Shown here: piece by piece, positions 62,952 through 64,000 of the stretch
How positions within the stretch are numbered: the first letter of the stretch is position 1
Layout: each line of letters starts with the position of its first letter
Virus record (IMG/VR): IMGVR_UViG_3300027917_000042
Span: 7,712-71,711 of that record
From: a virus
Reading direction: 5' to 3' (one strand)
DNA: 64,000 nucleotides
Notes under the pieces: model-generated
What the model was told of the DNA's origin: nothing
The model's input: only the letters and a program-made list of their open reading frames with translations
Database searches by the model: none
Position numbers and translations under genes: made by a program

Positions 62952-63713
62952 GTGAACATCGATCTTTCCAACCACATCTCCGCCGCCGTGTGCGAGCGTG
63001 CCGAGACCTTCGCCAAGGTGGACCTGCTGGCAAGCGGGCCCAACTTCCTCATGGACCTGATCCAGCAGACCGGCAACAACGACCCGGACGCCAGCTACGC
63101 GGCGTTCGAGTTCTGCCGGGAGGCCGAGCGCAAGCTGCGGGAAGCGGCCCGCGAGGCATGCAACAGCATCCGGGCACGGGACATCGACGAGTTCGACACC
63201 GCCGTGTTCCGGGCCCGTCACCTGATCGAGAAAGCCGACCTGTTCGCCCAGACCCGCGACGTCTTCAAGGACACCACCGCGAAGGCTCAGGACGACGCCA
63301 TCAGCGCCGAGTTTCGCAAGCTGCTCGACAACGAGCTGCGCGGCGACACGTACTTCTACTTCACCCTGTGCCGTCAGCACGAGACCACCCGGCGCAACTG
63401 GGCCACCGGCAAGGACGAGAAGTACACCGTCCGCTCGCACCTGACCCGGGGCAAAGATTACCGGGGCCGGTCCTGTCTGGAGTTTGATCGCGGTCGGCGT
63501 CAGGAAGTGACGTGGGCCCAGATCGGCACCGCACTGAAGAACGCACACAAGCTCGTTGACGAGGACTACGGCGTCTCCGAGGTCGAGGTCATCATCGACT
63601 CCGGCACGCTCTGGTCCATCGATTCCAAGCTGCCCGAGCAGGAGCGCCACGAACGCAACGTGCAGAGCCTGATGGGGCGTCGCGTACTGGGCACGATCAG
63701 GAGACTGAAATGA
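62952..63713 (+). CDS. Early hypothetical protein
   Basis: GTG 62952 behind AAGGAG; strong GC3. Confidence 0.75.
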   Translation: MNIDLSNHISAAVCERAETFAKVDLLASGPNFLMDLIQQTGNNDPDASYAAFEFCREAERKLREAAREACNSIRARDIDEFDTAVFRARHLIEKADLFAQTRDVFKDTTAKAQDDAISAEFRKLLDNELRGDTYFYFTLCRQHETTRRNWATGKDEKYTVRSHLTRGKDYRGRSCLEFDRGRRQEVTWAQIGTALKNAHKLVDEDYGVSEVEVIIDSGTLWSIDSKLPEQERHERNVQSLMGRRVLGTIRRLK

Positions 63714-63919
63714 CCACTACTGACAATGACATTCTCGAAGAGGCGCTGGCGCTTGTTCGCGGCAACGCTTTCTACTTCCAGCAGCCCGACGTCGTGGCTG
63801 GCAAGAGCATCGTGCGCGACCGCTACGGCTGCCGCTACAACGGACAGCTATTCACTGACGACTGCACCTACTCGCTGGGCGAGCAGATCGCCCGCGCCAT
63901 AAAGGAGAACCAATCATGA
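63710..63919 (+). CDS. Small hypothetical protein
   Basis: ATGA coupling, RBS AGGAG. Confidence 0.7.
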   Translation: MTTTDNDILEEALALVRGNAFYFQQPDVVAGKSIVRDRYGCRYNGQLFTDDCTYSLGEQIARAIKENQS

Positions 63920-64000
63920 CTGTGAAAGAACTGCTCGAACGGTTGCAGTGCTGCAACCCCGATTCAGAGGTGATCATCTCGATCCGCCAGAACGAACAGG
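63916..64000 (+). CDS. Hypothetical protein (partial, runs off right end)
   Basis: MTVKELLERLQCCNPDSEVII...; RBS AAAGGAG. Confidence 0.65.
   Translation, partial: MTVKELLERLQCCNPDSEVIISIRQNEQ

Noticed and set aside
1-64000. Prophage boundaries, integrase, tRNA genes, DNA/RNA polymerase, introns or inteins
   Set aside because: None recognisable in this window. TerL, helicase and MCP have ordinary lengths. Lifestyle cannot be determined.

Overview
The window is most of a GC-rich, short-tailed (podovirus-like) dsDNA phage genome. It is truncated at both ends: a primase runs off the left end and an early gene runs off the right end. No host genes, integrase, tRNA or CRISPR array are visible. 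From left to right it contains: (1) a replication module on the - strand (P4/alpha-type Zn-ribbon primase, SF2 helicase, short initiator-like protein, repeat-rich ori, Cro-like HTH); (2) a recombination module on the + strand (YqaJ exonuclease, RecT-like annealing protein, SSB) with small accessory genes; (3) a ~53-kb late region on the - strand (lysis genes, a 4561-aa polyvalent ejection protein, other ejection proteins, several tail fibres, nozzle, adaptors, MCP, scaffold, GroES, portal, TerL, an ~11-kb insert, TerS); (4) early genes on the + strand. Main findings: a complete pseudoknotted type II hammerhead ribozyme between two early genes (61974-62035); a translationally coupled cluster between TerS and TerL that combines paralogous fibre-like proteins, a collagen protein with an RMF-like N-terminus and a degenerate SPOUT protein; an apparent daisy-chain of tail fibres with duplicated docking modules; and an origin lying outside and upstream of a truncated initiator gene, with a second iteron copy ~56.6 kb away. 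All family assignments come from motifs recognised by eye. No database searches were run.
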